The position numbers and the translations under genes are program-made. From Octopus vulgaris (Eukaryota), in the NCBI GenBank assembly GCA_951406725.2, contig OX597828.1, positions 32,426,001-32,490,000 of the forward strand: DNA of 64,000 nucleotides. The letters are read 5' to 3'. Positions 1 to 14,346 of this stretch are shown here, one piece after another. The notes under the pieces are model-generated. The model saw only the letters and a program-made list of their open reading frames with translations, made no database searches and was not told where the DNA came from. Each line of letters begins with the position of its first letter. Position 1 is the first letter of the stretch.

Positions 1-994
1 TATAACAATCACGAACGAGACAGATAACATCTGCAAAAAAAAAAGAATCTTCTACATTAATTAACCCAGCCTTCGTAAGTAGGATAACATTTAATTGTAT
101 ATGTGTGTGTGTGTGTACATATAGATAAAGACAGAGAGCCAGACAGATAGATAGAGAGAGTCAACCAGACAGAGAGAAGAGAAGGTTATGCATTTACTCA
201 CATGTAATACTAATGAACTCATCGATGTCCAATTAATTCAACACTTCTATTCCAGGCCAGCACATTTCTCTATGGGAACTGTTTTGTAATATTCTGAGGC
301 CAAGTTGTACATATATGCCATATTAAACATAACACATATAATGCGCTTACATTGTTTTATGCGTTTAAGATTTCATATATAGTTTTACCAAATGGTTGCT
401 AACGTTTTGTAACAGCGAGTTCCTCCCATAAGATCGTCGGCTCTTGCTAAAAATTTGAAATCATCTTCTTGATAAGACACGCTGGCATAATTGTTAGCGT
501 CCCCGGCAAAGAAAAAAAAAATAGCAGCATTTCTTCTGTCTTTTTGTTCTGAGTTCGAATGACGCTGAGGTCAAATTTGCCTTTCAAATTTTTCAAGATC
601 GATAAAATACGCACGATAACAGAATAAGCCTATAACAGAAAAGAATATTTTGTTGGATTAAAATAGATGTATTTACCAAAGTCTTCTTTAATAATAGAAA
701 TTATATCGTTGAATATGATCCTATTTACAATGTTTGAGTTAATTAACGTAGTAGATTCTTTTTGCGAATGTTTTCTGCCACGTCCTTGATTGTTATAATT
801 AGGTTCTTGTGCGATTTTTATCTAACATATATCTCAGTCAGTGGCTATTTTCAAGTCTTCTATTTCAATCTTGATAGTTATCTTACAAAGCATTACTTGT
901 ATGTTTCGTTGATGTTGACCTGAAGACACACATACAAGCACACACAAACACACACACAGTCACACAGTCACGCATAAAACTATATATATATATA

Positions 995-1520
995 CGTGTG
1001 TCTGTGCGTCTAGGTTTGTGTGTCTGTGTTTGTCACCACTTCATCGCTTGGCAACCGATAGAATAAGCGCTAGGTTTACAAAGAATAAGTCCTGAGGTCC
1101 ACTTGTTCGACTACAGAATATACATATATATATATATATGCAGTTTCTTCGCCAAGAATCTCCTACTACAACATCGAGCAGACCAAAGCCTTGAGTGGAT
1201 TTGGTAGACGGAAAAGGAAAGAAGCCCGTCTAATGTATGTATATATGCATTTGTGTATATGTGTTTGTTCTCCTACCAACATTTGACAACCGGTGGTGGT
1301 GTGTTTACGATACCGTAACCTAGCGGTTCGACAAAATGGACGGATAGAATAAGTATTACTCTTACAAAGAATAAGTCCTGGGATAGATTTGTTCGACTAA
1401 TGGTGGTGCTCCATCTTGGCCGCAGTCAAACAACTGAAACAAGTAAATGAATAAAAGAATATACATATAAGTCGGTACTCCAACATGGCCGCAATCAAAC
1501 GAGTGAAACAAGTAAAATAA
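995..1520 (+). mobile_element. SINE family 1 cluster (partial copy, truncated copy, duplicated tail)
   Basis: gaccaaagccttgagtggatttggtagacgg..., with two tails at ~1400-1460 and ~1472-1520. Confidence 0.8.
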
Positions 1521-1548
1521 TATATATATATATATATTTATATATATA

Positions 1549-2956
1549 AACTAAATCACAAAAGAAACGTCACGATTACTAAGTAGACACCGGTATATTA
1601 ACAGACTGCCATGGCATTGATTGAAGAGCGCTAGTTAAAGAAACGAGCTTTCTTAATGATAAAACGTCATTTCCTGAAATATTTGTGACGTCCTGGATCC
1701 AAAGTGATGACCACCGTTTGCGTTGATTACACCCCGACATCTTCTGTAAATTGAATGCACTAAACGATAACTGAAAGCCGTGAGAATATCAGCGCGAACT
1801 CTCTTAAAACTTGAAGAGTTGTGCCGCAGCTGTTGGCCTTAGCCGGATGTCATTTAACCCTAGGGGATTCAAGTCCACACTTAAGGTAGGCATTGCCTGT
1901 GTCTGGATATTGTGCTGCTGGAGGAATTCTGTTGTCAATCTGCCAGCATGGGCACGGCCATTGTCGTGTTAGAACACGTGATTCCGATGACGGACAAAGT
2001 ATGACATAATGTGAGATCTCAACACTTGGTCGATATAGCGAGCAGCGGTTATTCAATTGTTCCAGCCTTGGCCAATGTTTTGGAAGACCAAGATTCTGAT
2101 TAAGTGCAATCCCACTCCATATCATGATACTCTCTAATCCCCTTGAGTCCCTCTCCACCACACAGTCATCGGCATGACATTCCCCATTTTTCTCCAAACC
2201 CTAGCTCTGCCATCTGCCACAGAAATGCAATATCGTGATTCGTTAGTGAAGACTGCAGTCCTCCACTGCTGATGTCACTATTTCAGACGTTTTTGAGCCC
2301 ACCGAAGACGTACCGTTCTATCACGATTTGTAAGAATGCGGTTCCTAGCTGGACGTCGACAAGACAGATTAAATGATCTCAGCCGGAGGCGAACTGTCTC
2401 TGCATAAATGGGTCAGTGCTGAGTCACTATGGTCTGCCCAGCTGATTCCCTCTCCCTCTGGAATTGCTGTCGGTACAGGTGGCGATTTTGACGTGTAGTT
2501 GTAACACTCGGTGGACGATCATCCGTGCTGTTTCTGGCATTGTATCGTTCCCTCAGCCTCTCTATTGTTCGAATACTGCAGTTCATTAGTAATGACCCAT
2601 GGGCATTGACCAGTAAGTAGATGTTCAATGGCTCATCTCACTGATGTCGTGTTAGTCTTGGCATGCTTACTGACTCCGATAAACGAATGACAGGCTGATA
2701 AATTTGGGTGCCTTTTATAACCAATGAGTGAAAGTGCATCAGGATTTTCATAAAGATGCATTCGCGAGCGTTACCCTGTTGACGAAAAGTAAGTGATTTT
2801 CATCCCTACATGCAATCCTTGTGTTTACAAACGAGGGTCAGTGACATATTCCTAATGTAACGTTACCTAGAAATGTGATAGAATCCATATAGTTTCAATA
2901 TCGTGTGTGAAACTAATATTAGTTAAAATTCTGACGACCTCTTTTACTTAGCATAG
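1549..2956 (-). mobile_element. Decayed Tc1-family DNA transposon (transposase pseudogene, weak TIRs)
   Basis: Minus-strand frames give Tc1 motifs: HTH-like CSIRTIERLRERY..DRP, VFTNESR (FSDES), SIMIWSGI, F*HDNGRAH (QxDNAxxH) and MPTLSVDLNPL (WPxxSPDLNPIE). Length is about 1.4 kb. The ends ctaaatcacaaaagaaacgtca and rc tgctaagtaaaagaggtcgtca are only loosely similar. Confidence 0.8.
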
Positions 2957-3249
2957 ATATGTATGTGTGCACGCGTGTGTTCTTGTGACTGTATGTGTGC
3001 GAATGTGTGTCATTGAGTTTTTATAAGTTCCTCAGTAAAAATGTGACGAACAGCATTGACTTCTTTACTTCACCGTTAGCAATTCGGCAAAAGAGACTGA
3101 AAATTAAATACCAATCCAGTAGAAAAATAAAAATAGTAGTATTGTGGATGTGTTCAATGAATCCTTCAAAGCGGAGCACCGGTGTGGCTCCATTTCAATA
3201 AATAAACCAATATATATATAAATTGAGCTGAAGTTTTTTCCCGTGATTT

Positions 3250-4400
3250 GGTTGCAAAATATGCCTATAGATTTCAACGGCATTTCTTGTGGATTTTACA
3301 TGATACATGTTGTCATTTTCCTGGAAGTCGACAATACGTAAAACAATTCCGATTCTCAGAAACATGGTAGTTCCTAATTTTGGTGTTGTACCATGCACAT
3401 CAATTACTACAGGGGCAGTATACAGAAATGTGTTTTGCAATCTCTTCATCTATATGTTCTCATGCATTTCACTCTCATCAGTTTTCTTCACATCCACTCT
3501 ACTACCATATGGAATTGGACGGTCATTGATGTTGCGCTATTTTTTTCATTCTCACTTTCATTATCATATTTGCTCTCCTTGCTTCAACAATCTCTGGAGG
3601 AAACCTATACATTCCTGTGATTTTCATTCATCAGAACAAAGTAGGGCTCGTGTTCATCCTACTTTTCCACCACTTTAAATCTAGAGAATGAACTAATATC
3701 TTAACATTCTCTTTTACTCACGCACTCATCCCCCATTCATACACAAGTTATGCACGCTTGGTTCAGCTGAATAGAACGTCGTTACTTTAAACTCATTTGT
3801 TACGCATTCTTAATTTGCTCCTTATCTAATTTTTATCACACATTGTTCTTATCATTGGAATTCTAATAGCTTGTTTCTGAGCGTTTTTTAATTAGGGATT
3901 CAGTTTCTCATCTCAGCTTTTCATTTGTCAGCCGTAACCAGTGCTCTTTATTTCAGTTTACGCGCTTTCTTGTCTGAACTGGCCTAATACTTCCGCCCCG
4001 CCATCCTTTTTTACTGTTGAGATCATTATTTTAGAGACTCAATCAATATTTCTATTCACATATAATAGTATTTCCTTTCTCCACATACCTGATTATAATC
4101 TTTGCAAAAACACAAATCGAAGACTTGCTGTTGTCTTCTGCAATTAACACACCCGTGCATCCTTCCAGTCTCGGTAAAAACACTCTGTCTAAAGAACAGT
4201 TAGTATTGTTTGCCTTATGCACTATGAGCAAATTGCTACTTCCATACAAATTCTTTAACTTTAAAACAGAAGTGGAGTATATCAACATTGACAGGAACTT
4301 CATATTGATTGCCTTGATGATATTACATCACGTTTATTATGTTTCAAGTATCTTCGTAACATCTTTCTTCCAAGCTCTAGAGAATATCTCTCACATTTGC
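3250..4400 (-). mobile_element. Highly decayed 3' half of an R4/Dong-like (RLE) non-LTR retrotransposon
   Basis: Minus-strand remnants WLRL..KLR*ETESLI, VEARRANMI (IEARRPDI) and PVVIDVHGTTPK (PVVIGALG..PK) occur in the expected order. Confidence 0.6.
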
Positions 4401-4449
4401 GATTCTGTTACCTAATCATCTTATGTGTGTTCATGTCCTTGTGTAGTAG

Positions 4450-4472
4450 GTGTACATAGGTGTGTGTGTATA

Positions 4473-4534
<62 letters not shown>

Positions 4535-4600
4535 TATATATAGATACATATATATATACACTCATACATACAAACACACATATATATACATATATATATG

Positions 4601-4634
<34 letters not shown>

Positions 4635-4690
4635 TATATACATACATATATATCTGTATATATAATATATATATATAGATATAGACACTC

Positions 4691-4740
<50 letters not shown>

Positions 4741-4757
4741 TATGTATGTATGTATAC
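4450..4757. repeat. Compound (TA)n/(TAGA)n microsatellite
   Basis: Direct reading. Similar blocks lie at 8690-9185, 13100-13480, 19510-19710, 23215-23578, 33260-33530, 39195-39750, 40625-40870, 53315-53410 and 59965-60135. Confidence 0.97.
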
Positions 4758-5199
4758 AATGTTTATGTTTACCTGAAGAATTGCATTTTGTTTAGGATAT
4801 TATTTCACGCAGGGACTAACTTTAAGTATATTGAAGCGTTTGCCCCTTACTGGTCTTAGACGCCAAGATCGTTTTTGTGAATTATTTCCATTATATTTTT
4901 TGTCTTACACTAAATGAAACATGGATTTTTCTCTTTCGTAATCCACACCTAAGGAAAATCATATTGCACAACATAAAATAGCCACCAAAAATATTAATGA
5001 ACGCACGAACAAGCAAATGACAGAAAAATAAATAAATAAAAAAATCCACTTCCATATAAAGCAAAGAAAATGAATATGTTTGGCAATAACATTATCAACG
5101 GGTTGTATGTGCTTCGACAACCGCAAAATTCTCTTTCATAAAAGTTCTTATCAGCAAGAAAAGCGAAATTTGCTTTAGAAATAGCTTGAAAACTGTGAA

Positions 5200-5785
5200 C
5201 CAGAGAAACACCAGTCTCGCAAAACCTATCACTTGTGATCACACGAAGAAGAGCTGACCAACCTATGCCTTTTTCAAACCATGAATGCTCATTTTTTTCC
5301 AGTTAAGGAATACTCTACAAACACGATGGTGCCGTACGCTATGCCTACTCTTAGATGCTTGTTGTACGGCGAAACTGGCAGCAATGCTCGGGTATTTTAC
5401 GAGCAGGAGTAGACCTGCTCGTACCACACCCGAGCATTTCCGCCATGTGGAGTTATGTTGAACAGCCGCTAACACGTGTATGACAAATTCATCGCAAAGA
5501 TTTCCCCACGCCTTCCTTTGGTCAGAAAATGTAGGCAGCGTACCGCTTCTACTGATATGGAGAAAGAGGTTGTATTGGGCACGCAACCTAAAATACTAAC
5601 GACAGGCTATTCCGTTGACGGCCAAGTCCTCATCGACTTTTTTTAACATCCCGTTTGGAAAGGACGTATGCGCTGCCCCACGCATTAATATCATCAAAGG
5701 TAGATGAATGTGGCGAAGATTGTCCGTCTGAGTGGGTCTGTTCAAAGTTGGCGCTTGTAGGCTGAGGAGTAAGAAGAAGAGAAAA
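5200..5785 (+). mobile_element. Decayed RTE-clade LINE, RT C-terminal fragment
   Basis: Plus-strand LRCLLYG-ET (VLLYGxETW) and IWRKRLYWARNL (IxxRRLRWAGHL), ending in aagaagaag repeats. Confidence 0.55.
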
Positions 5786-5984
5786 GCTCTTACCATGACA
5801 CTGCAGATGAGTCGAGAGGATAGAATGGAGTTTCCCCCTTATTTAGAAATTCGTTCGCTAGCAAGGGTTTTCTTAATTGTGGTGCGACTTTTTTCTGCTG
5901 ACTTACGTGAATGAACAGTTCCTTGGTCAGTGTATTTCATACATATTTAGCGCCTCCCATTTTCATTATTAATAATATTATTAT

Positions 5985-6055
5985 CAGTAGTAGTAGCAGT
6001 AGTTGTAGTAGTATTAGTAATACCAGAAGCAGCAGCAGCAGTACTAGGTAGCAGC

Positions 6056-6123
<68 letters not shown>

Positions 6124-6133
6124 CAGCAGTAGT
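5985..6133. repeat. (TAG)n/(CAG)n trinucleotide repeat
   Basis: Direct reading; similar tracts at 17396-17489, 52658-52713 and 54694-54839. Confidence 0.97.
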
Positions 6134-6279
6134 GTTGTCGCCTTTGTTGTTGCTTTTCGTCAATCGACGCATATTTCACATCACACCCGTCAGTTTATAA
6201 ATGTGTAACTATTGCTCAAACTTATTTATTGTACATTTGATATCCTTATATAGAAAAACTAACTGGGGCCTGTTAGTAT

Positions 6280-6920
6280 GTTACTTTTTCTCCATTTGTC
6301 GCCTTTAGGGAGGTATAAGGGTGTTTGTTTAAAAAGGAAAGGCGGCGAACGAGTATTTTTCACTAAGTCACTAAGTTTAGATAAGGTGGTTGTCAGTGAG
6401 ACATTCCCATATATGGTTAATACGATATTTTTTTATCTTCCAATCAACCGGGAATGGGATCGGGTGGATCTGTGTGTTGTTCAGAAGAGCGCTGTATGTC
6501 AAGATAAGGGCCATCTTCATGAAACCAGAATGTAAGATAGTGACACTGGATGTGAACAGTAGCGATGAAGGCGCTTTTAGACCTTTGGCCGTTAATGCTC
6601 TGACAAGGGAAGACCAGCCGGATTCCTCCAAACATCTGGAAGTTTTTCTGAGAACCTCTCGACCTTTAGTGCCAAGGTATGACATGGACGCTATCTAGGA
6701 TGCACGCTTAGATTGCGAAGGCCTAGCAGTTAGTTGAGTGGGGTGCAAAAGCCAAGCAAGTTTGCTCAGACAAATTGCGAAATGCCGATCATCTGGTCTG
6801 GATAATCTTTACTTTTATATGCCAAACTTGATTGGCGGCTCTTGACAGCTATCTACAGCTGCTGGCAGCAGGGCGGACAATTTCCGACAACTGTGAGATA
6901 AGGTGCGGTGGAACTATCAT
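6280..6920 (+). mobile_element. L1/Tx1-clade LINE apurinic endonuclease (APE) fragment
   Basis: DKVVVSET..., ICVLFRR, PECKIVTLDV, AFRPLAVNA (FRLxAVYAP) and LVPRYDMDAI*D (LxxGDFNAxLD), seen in ORFs 6278..6535 and 6390..6698. Confidence 0.65.
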
Positions 6921-7560
6921 TTTCGATGATGACTTCTAGTTTAAGTTCATGCCACTTTTTTTTGCTCTGTCAACTCCATACTTGTTGCAAAGTGTCCAAT
7001 GGACGATTCTTGCTATATTGTCATGACGTCTCTTATATTCTTTCTAGAATAGTGGTATACATTGACTGGTAATATGCCATACAGTTTCACTATTTTGTCC
7101 TCTGATATTGCCCTTATCACTTTCTGATGTATTGTCTATTCTGTATTTTCTGTAATTCGTTCTTAGTGCTTGCTCTTGGGTAGCAGAGATTAGAGCCTTC
7201 GTTTCTAGTTTTAAATAACTTTTAGTCATCCATAGCCATCATTTTCTCTCTCTGTCTTATCGTCAACATCCCTATGAAATTCTCCATGCATTCTTTTCTT
7301 TATCCACCTATTTCACACTTCAAATCGTCGTAGTTGTCCAGTTTTCTTCTTCTTTCTCTTTGATCTTGTTTTCACCGGAACATGCTATGTCTGTACATTT
7401 TATTTACCACAATAATGTCTGGTTTCTGAAGTCTGCTCACGAGATCGCACTGATTCTTTGCACCCCACTGGATTTTGCAGTCTTCATTGCCGCTGACTCC
7501 TTTGGGGTTTGCTCGTACCATGATTTCCACAAAATTTCCAATGGATTTTTATGCCACATT
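6920..7560 (-). mobile_element. R4/Dong-like RLE retrotransposon fragment (zinc knuckle and RHD region)
   Basis: WMTKSYLKLETKALISATQEQALRTNY..IDNTSESDK..ETVWHITSQC..EYKRRHDNIARIVHW. It abuts an (ATT)n tract at 7570-7700. Confidence 0.8.
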
Positions 7561-7571
7561 ATCATATTGTC

Positions 7572-7599
7572 TTTATTACTATTATCATCACCATCATCA

Positions 7600-7633
<34 letters not shown>

Positions 7634-7710
7634 CATTATTATTATTATTACTATTATTATTATTATTATTATTATTATTGTTATTGTTATTGTTATTATT
7701 GTTGTTGGTG
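7572..7710. repeat. (ATT)n trinucleotide repeat
   Basis: Direct reading; (AAT)n tracts also at 25071-25215 and 51681-51733. Confidence 0.97.
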
Positions 7711-7770
7711 CCATTTTTACTATTGTTATTTTGTTGATGTCGCTGTTGTTTCTGTTGTTTGAAGTGGTAA

Positions 7771-8203
7771 CTAGTAGCAGACTTACCGAGTCAGATAAAG
7801 TTCTTAGCACTATTTCTTCCGTCCTCTTTACGTTCTAAGTTCAAATACCAACGAGGTCAGCTTTTCTTTTCATCATTTCAGGAACGATGATATAAAATTC
7901 CAGTCATAAACTGGGCCGATGTAATCAAATTACACTCTTCTCTAAAATGAGTCGAAATGTGTAACGTTTAATATCATTATTACGTTTAATCAGGTAGCGA
8001 GATGGTGGAATCGTTAGCACGCCGAGTGAGATGCTCAGCGGTATTTCGTCTGCCGTTACGTTCTGAGTTCAAATGCTGCTAAGGTCAAGTTTGCCTTTCA
8101 TCCTTTCGGGGTCGATAAATTAAGTACCATTTATACACTGGGGTCGATGTAATCGACTATCCAAATTTCAGGCCTTGTGCCTATAGTAGAAAGGATTATT
8201 ATT
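7771..8203 (+). mobile_element. Two tandem copies of tRNA-derived SINE family 2
   Basis: acgttctgagttcaaat (B box)...gcctttcatcctttcggggtcgataaattaagtacc...ggggtcgatgtaatcgact; copies at 7771-7935 and 7992-8203. Another old copy lies at ~480-610. Confidence 0.85.
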
Positions 8204-8776
8204 AGGTTTAGTAATTCTTTCTTACTCATCATCATTATAGTTTACATACCCTAAATGAATAATGAAAAGAGTGGATGTATTTCTTTGTTTGTGTGTGTGT
8301 GTTTGTGCATGTGTGTGTAAACCCATCATCTGAGAAGATTACTATTTTGTCCTTAATCAAATTTCATATGTCATTTTCCATTGATTAAGCAATAATTCGC
8401 TTGTTTATCTCCCTTGCCAATCATCGCTCAATTATTGTTCGTCTATTTCTTGAACACTTACATTGATCTACACATCCATAGATCAGAAATATTTTCATAA
8501 CGAATCGTAATGAAATAACCTACTATGGATTGGTGGTGTAAATAAAGAGCGAAGTAGCAATTAATGCAAAATCCAACCGGTCGTATGGCGTTCTTTTCGA
8601 GTTGTTGATTCGATATAAGCGCAGATATTGACGATTTGAGATACGCATTTGGACACATAATTCAGATTGAGAAGGGCAAGTTCGCATAAATATATACATA
8701 CATCCATACACACACACACCCATATATATATATACATATATAAACGCATATATATACATAATATATACATATTTAC

Positions 8777-8809
<33 letters not shown>

Positions 8810-8848
8810 CATATATATATATACAAACATATATATATATGCATATGC

Positions 8849-8934
<86 letters not shown>

Positions 8935-8971
8935 TATATACATATATATATATAAATATATATATATATGC

Positions 8972-9064
<93 letters not shown>

Positions 9065-9093
9065 TATACATATATATATATATACACACATAC

Positions 9094-9137
<44 letters not shown>

Positions 9138-10870
9138 ACGTATGTATGTATGCATGTATGTAAGTACGTATGTGTGTATGTGTGTAGGTAAGCATGCACA
9201 GATGAATAATATTAAATTCTTGTCGTAGCACTAAGGAAATAATTAACTGATAGCATATTGTTGCTTATATATTGGATTTTGCAATTTTATCATTGCAAAA
9301 GGCATCAGCAACATACAAAGAGCAGCAGAATCGGGGTGGGAGGTAATCGGTGGTAGCAGTGGCAGTAGCAGCGATGGCGGGAGGCGGCGATGATAGCAGC
9401 AGTGGAGATGATAGCTGAGTCGATGATGGTGTTGCCAGCGGCGATGCTGCTCTTGATTGAGTGGTGGTGGTGTCGGTGGTGGTGGTGTTTGTGGTGGTGG
9501 TGGCTTCGGTGGTTGCAGCATTGGCAATAGCTGAAGCCAAAGTGTTGTTGGTAGGAGCTATGTGGTCGCTATGATGTTACGTCTGTTGCTTACAACACAA
9601 TTACAGTAGTTGCAGAATCGACTGTATTACCATGAAATGAAAGTCTTACAAGATCACAGACTGTAATCACTTGTAGATCAAAAGTTTTAATGGACTCTGC
9701 TATGTATTCTCTATTTGCTAGTAGTTTCCAGTTTTGGTAGCGATATGCTGTTCAGTAGATATTTGCTATACAGTAGTGTTATGCTGACTAATTCTTTGCT
9801 GCTCAGTGGACTAGCGTATTCAGAGTTGAGGTTTCACCAATAACAAAATGGGTAATATTCAGAATAAGAGATAACAGTCATTATATATTTATTTTTTTCA
9901 GTGTCTTTTCTTCTTTTATTCTTTTAGCTTTTGTGTGTATCTTCGAAAAGTGTATAAAATGTACGTCAGCGAACGTTCGTTGTTGTGGTAGGTCATAAGT
10001 ATAACGCATTAAATTTAATCAATATTTAGATTGTAATTATTCTCCGTTCATCAAAACATCAAAGGTCAACTGTGACATCGCTGATGATTGTGTAATAACT
10101 ATGCTTGCATCAAATCTCAAATATAATTTCTATTGAAAAACCATCGTGTTCAATATCGATAAACAAATAATCATAAGATGGATCATAGTTTAGATATCAT
10201 CTGAGAATAAAAGAAACAAAATTATTCAGAAGCAAAGCAAAATCATATGAATCCTATTGCTCAACGCTACTCACAGGAGAGATATGACTATTGTAAAGAT
10301 GGCGGCTAAATTGGTATGTTCAATAAATTTCAGATAGTGTTAAAATTTTAAACATACCCATGGCGAAGGAAAATATTTATATGGATGGAATTTCTATTTC
10401 ATCCTCTTATAAATAAGCAGCAGGGATGAAATGATATTAGTTGGAACTGGTAATTGTCGGTTTTATAACCAGTTTTATAGTCAATTAACTACAAGAGTCG
10501 GAATGTTTCTATTCGTTTTGCAGAGACTATCAATAGAAATTTGGTGTTCAACTTAGCGCAGTTATTAAATTCAACAATTGTTTCGAGACAACGTTTATGA
10601 GAGTAGTCACTCAAAACGATCCAACTCAGTACATTAGAAGCAATATATTTATTGACCGAAAGAATAGAAGACAAAGTTTATGTCGGCGAAATTTGAAGTC
10701 ACTGGTAAAACAAATAAAATAAAGCGTGTCTTCCGGTGCCCTAACGGTTTTGGCAATACAACGCCCTCATCTGAACTCAATAAAACTATATCCTGATTGT
10801 CTTACTTTGAATGTTAGGGAAATGTCCCTATATACATAAAGTCCCACCTTTATATATAACTATATATACC

Positions 10871-10904
<34 letters not shown>

Positions 10905-13108
10905 GACAGACAGACAGACAGACAGACAGAGAAAGAGAAAGAGAGACACAGACGGACATCGACTCTGACAGACAGGCAGATAAACAGACGCATATGGACT
11001 AGGGCTATGCTTGGGCACCCATTTTGTATTTTTTGCAAGACTGAGACTTACTCTATAGGTCATTTATGCTGTACCACCTGGTTACGGGTACATGAACATA
11101 CTGATTGACACCCGGTAGTGGTGGCAAACACAAACATACACGTAAATAGAAATATACAAGTCGACGCTCTCACACACACACACACGTATGTGTGTGACTA
11201 GACCTCTTAATTATGGAAGACTTTACACACATTATTGTGTGAATAGGAGGTGCATATATCCCCAAATCGATCGGAATGGAAGACAAAGTGATATTGCTGC
11301 TTCGAGGAATATGGATATCACGATACAGAATATATTCAGGGAACTAAAAGGCAGATGGTCCTCCCAGACTGGAAGAATAGCGCAGGTGGTGCTTTCAGTT
11401 TAGTAGCTACCTAGGCACCGATATGGGTAGGGTAACCAGATATTTCCACGAGTATTGAGGCTTTCTTCAGATATTTCCGCTCTTTTAGTGCTTGAAGGTG
11501 GCTGGAACGCCGTCCTGTGCACATTTGGGTTGTGTGAGGACTGATGATACGCAAATGGGATGTTGAACCACTGCAAGACTTTTTCCAGACGGCGGACGTG
11601 TGCCAAATATGCCATAGCGGACATAGACAAATCGTTTCAGGTCACTCATCTGCTATCTAGAATGAGTACTCTGTAGCTCAGTAGACCAGAATAGCATAGG
11701 TTGACGACAATTACAAATGAAAGTAGTCGGCTATACAGACTCCAGACCTGGAATTTGTACGGCCGACGTAGATAGGCTTCGTAGGCAGGAACCGATCCTC
11801 TTACTACAAGCCGAGCACCAAGTTTACATATACAGCAAATAACAGATTAGATAAGCGGGCTTTAATGGAAGCATTCTTAAGAAAATCTGCTGGTTCGCCC
11901 TAAATAGTACGAATTGTGTAGAAGCAAAAAGCTTAGTGAGGATATAATGGCAGAGAAAAATAGAATAGAAAGAGATTTCGTTAAATAACGTAGAAGATAC
12001 AAGTAGGAATAGTATGACAATCGACCAGATGGCAACGAAATTAGCACTAGACCCATTCTTCAACACAGAGAAGAAAGGCCACATTGTCACAGCTTGGGCG
12101 TTTTCTCTGAGAACAAAAATATTGAAAGGTGCCTGATGGGCTCGACTGGTAGAGATGACAACGTGGTGGTGTGGCAACAAATTCACAATTCTGTCTTTGG
12201 TGGATCACATTAAAACATATTACTTGACTCCAAGAAGATATGTGTATGGTTTAGCAGCACTTTGTTCGACTGTTCGGAACCTGTGGCTTGCTGCAAAGTA
12301 GGAAGCAAACTAAAAGAATATAATGAGCTGTTTCAAGCTGGAATTATTTTGACGAAGATTTCGGAAAGGGCAATCCTTTTCAACGACAAAGTCAAAACGA
12401 AAAATAGCAAAAGCGTCAACAATATATGAGCAACGAAGGTACGTCAGTATAGAGCTTCAAAATAAAATAACCAATCCTTTGTAAGTGAATATTAACATAA
12501 GATCACCTGATAGAGTATGATAATGAGATGCATCTTTTGTAGACTCTTGCATCGATACGTTGCGTGCTAATGGAATGAGATGAAGGTATCAAATCATAAA
12601 TCAGCCAATTAATGATATATTTAGCTACAAGTAATTCGCTATCTAGAAACTCGATGATAATCAGTATAATTATTTACACAAAAGAAAAAGAAGAAAATAC
12701 CTTTATTTACGTTGAAAATAATAAGTGAAATAAAAAAAATAATACTGCTAAAATTATAGAAAATATTGTATGAAAATTGTTATTACACCATCGAAAATAC
12801 TTCACATTTATATGATTTTCAGAAAAAAATGTTTTGTTACAATTGTAGGTAAAACATGTAGAATCGTGTTAATAGAAATGCTATCGTTTGTACATCGGAA
12901 GAAAACACATAAAAACCAAACAGATTCGCGTGAAGATGATTGTAGATGTTTCAGAATTTATTTTTAATTTCATAATGGCATGTATTTTCTCTTTCTTATG
13001 ATTAATGTTTCATTTTTCTTTTTACATTTGTCTGTTTGTTTCAAACAGACTGACTCAGAAATACAACACATATGCAGAAACATCTATCCACGAACACTAA
13101 ACACACAC

Positions 13109-13180
<72 letters not shown>

Positions 13181-13211
13181 TCATACATACATACATACAT
13201 ACATATACATA

Positions 13212-13244
<33 letters not shown>

Positions 13245-13279
13245 ATCTTCTATCTATCTATCTATCTATCTATCTATCA

Positions 13280-13323
<44 letters not shown>

Positions 13324-13345
13324 CTATTCTCTCTCTCTCTCTCTC

Positions 13346-13376
<31 letters not shown>

Positions 13377-13974
13377 TACATATATACATACATATATACA
13401 TATATATATATATACATATATATGTATAAATACACACACACATATATATACATATTTAAATATATATATATAATATGTGTGTGTAAGTGTGCATATCCTC
13501 TCGTTGTTTCTCCCCATATAACATTTTAATAAACCATCTAATATATCGTTGATTTAATCTACTAGCGTTCAACATTGTCGACATCCATTTGCTATTTGTT
13601 TTCTGTTTTAAGTTTTGTAGTTAAAGAAAAAAAAATCTCTTTTTTTGCCAAACAATTCAGATCGACGTATATTATTCGATGTATTTTCATTGGTATATTT
13701 TCATGTTTTCATTCTGTTTTGCCTATATTGTTTGTTTATAATTTGTTCTTTGTGCGTTTTTTTTTGTTTTCGTTTTGTCTTTTCCATCTTAAAAACGGAA
13801 AGAAAGAAGCACCACTCACAGATACAATGTAAATATTCTGACTTATAGTCACAAAACAATGCAATAACATCAATTAGGAATCACAAAATGTTCAGTATTT
13901 TATTTTCAACTTATACAGCACAAACAACAACAACAACAATAATGTAGCAATGGCAATAAGAGTAATAATTTCAA

Positions 13975-14066
13975 TGATGATGATGATGATGATGATGATG
14001 GTGTTGACGATGATAGTTGCAACAAATAGAGTAGCAACAGCAGCAGCAGAAGCAGCGGCAGCAACG

Positions 14067-14127
<61 letters not shown>

Positions 14128-14346
14128 AAAAAGAAGAAGGAGGAGGATAAGAAGAAGAAAAAGAAGAAGAAGAAGAAGAAGAAGACGAAGCAGGAAAAGG
14201 AAAATAATAATAAGAAGAAGAAGGAAAAGAAGAAGACGAAGGTGAAGAAGAAGAGGGAGAAGAAGGAGAAGAAGAAGAAGAAGAAGAAGAAGAAGAAGAA
14301 GAAGAAGAAGAAGAAGAAGAAGAAGAAGAAGAAGAAGAAGAAGAAG
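13975..14346. repeat. Compound (GAT)n-(GCA)n-(GTA)n-(GAA)n trinucleotide array
   Basis: Direct reading; it explains the poly-S/T/A/F ORFs here. Confidence 0.97.

Noticed and set aside
1-48. Minus-strand splice acceptor (tttttttttgcag) opening an exon at position 30
   Set aside because: The exon would run off the window edge, and a lone poly-T plus CAG is common in this composition.
9243-9560. GC-rich ORFs with Pro/Thr runs
   Set aside because: Degenerate (GGT/GCA)n trinucleotide low-complexity sequence without splice-site support.
11390-12330. Possible Hero/NeSL-like retrotransposon remnant
   Set aside because: Only vague zinc-knuckle-like traces are visible, with no motif I can defend.
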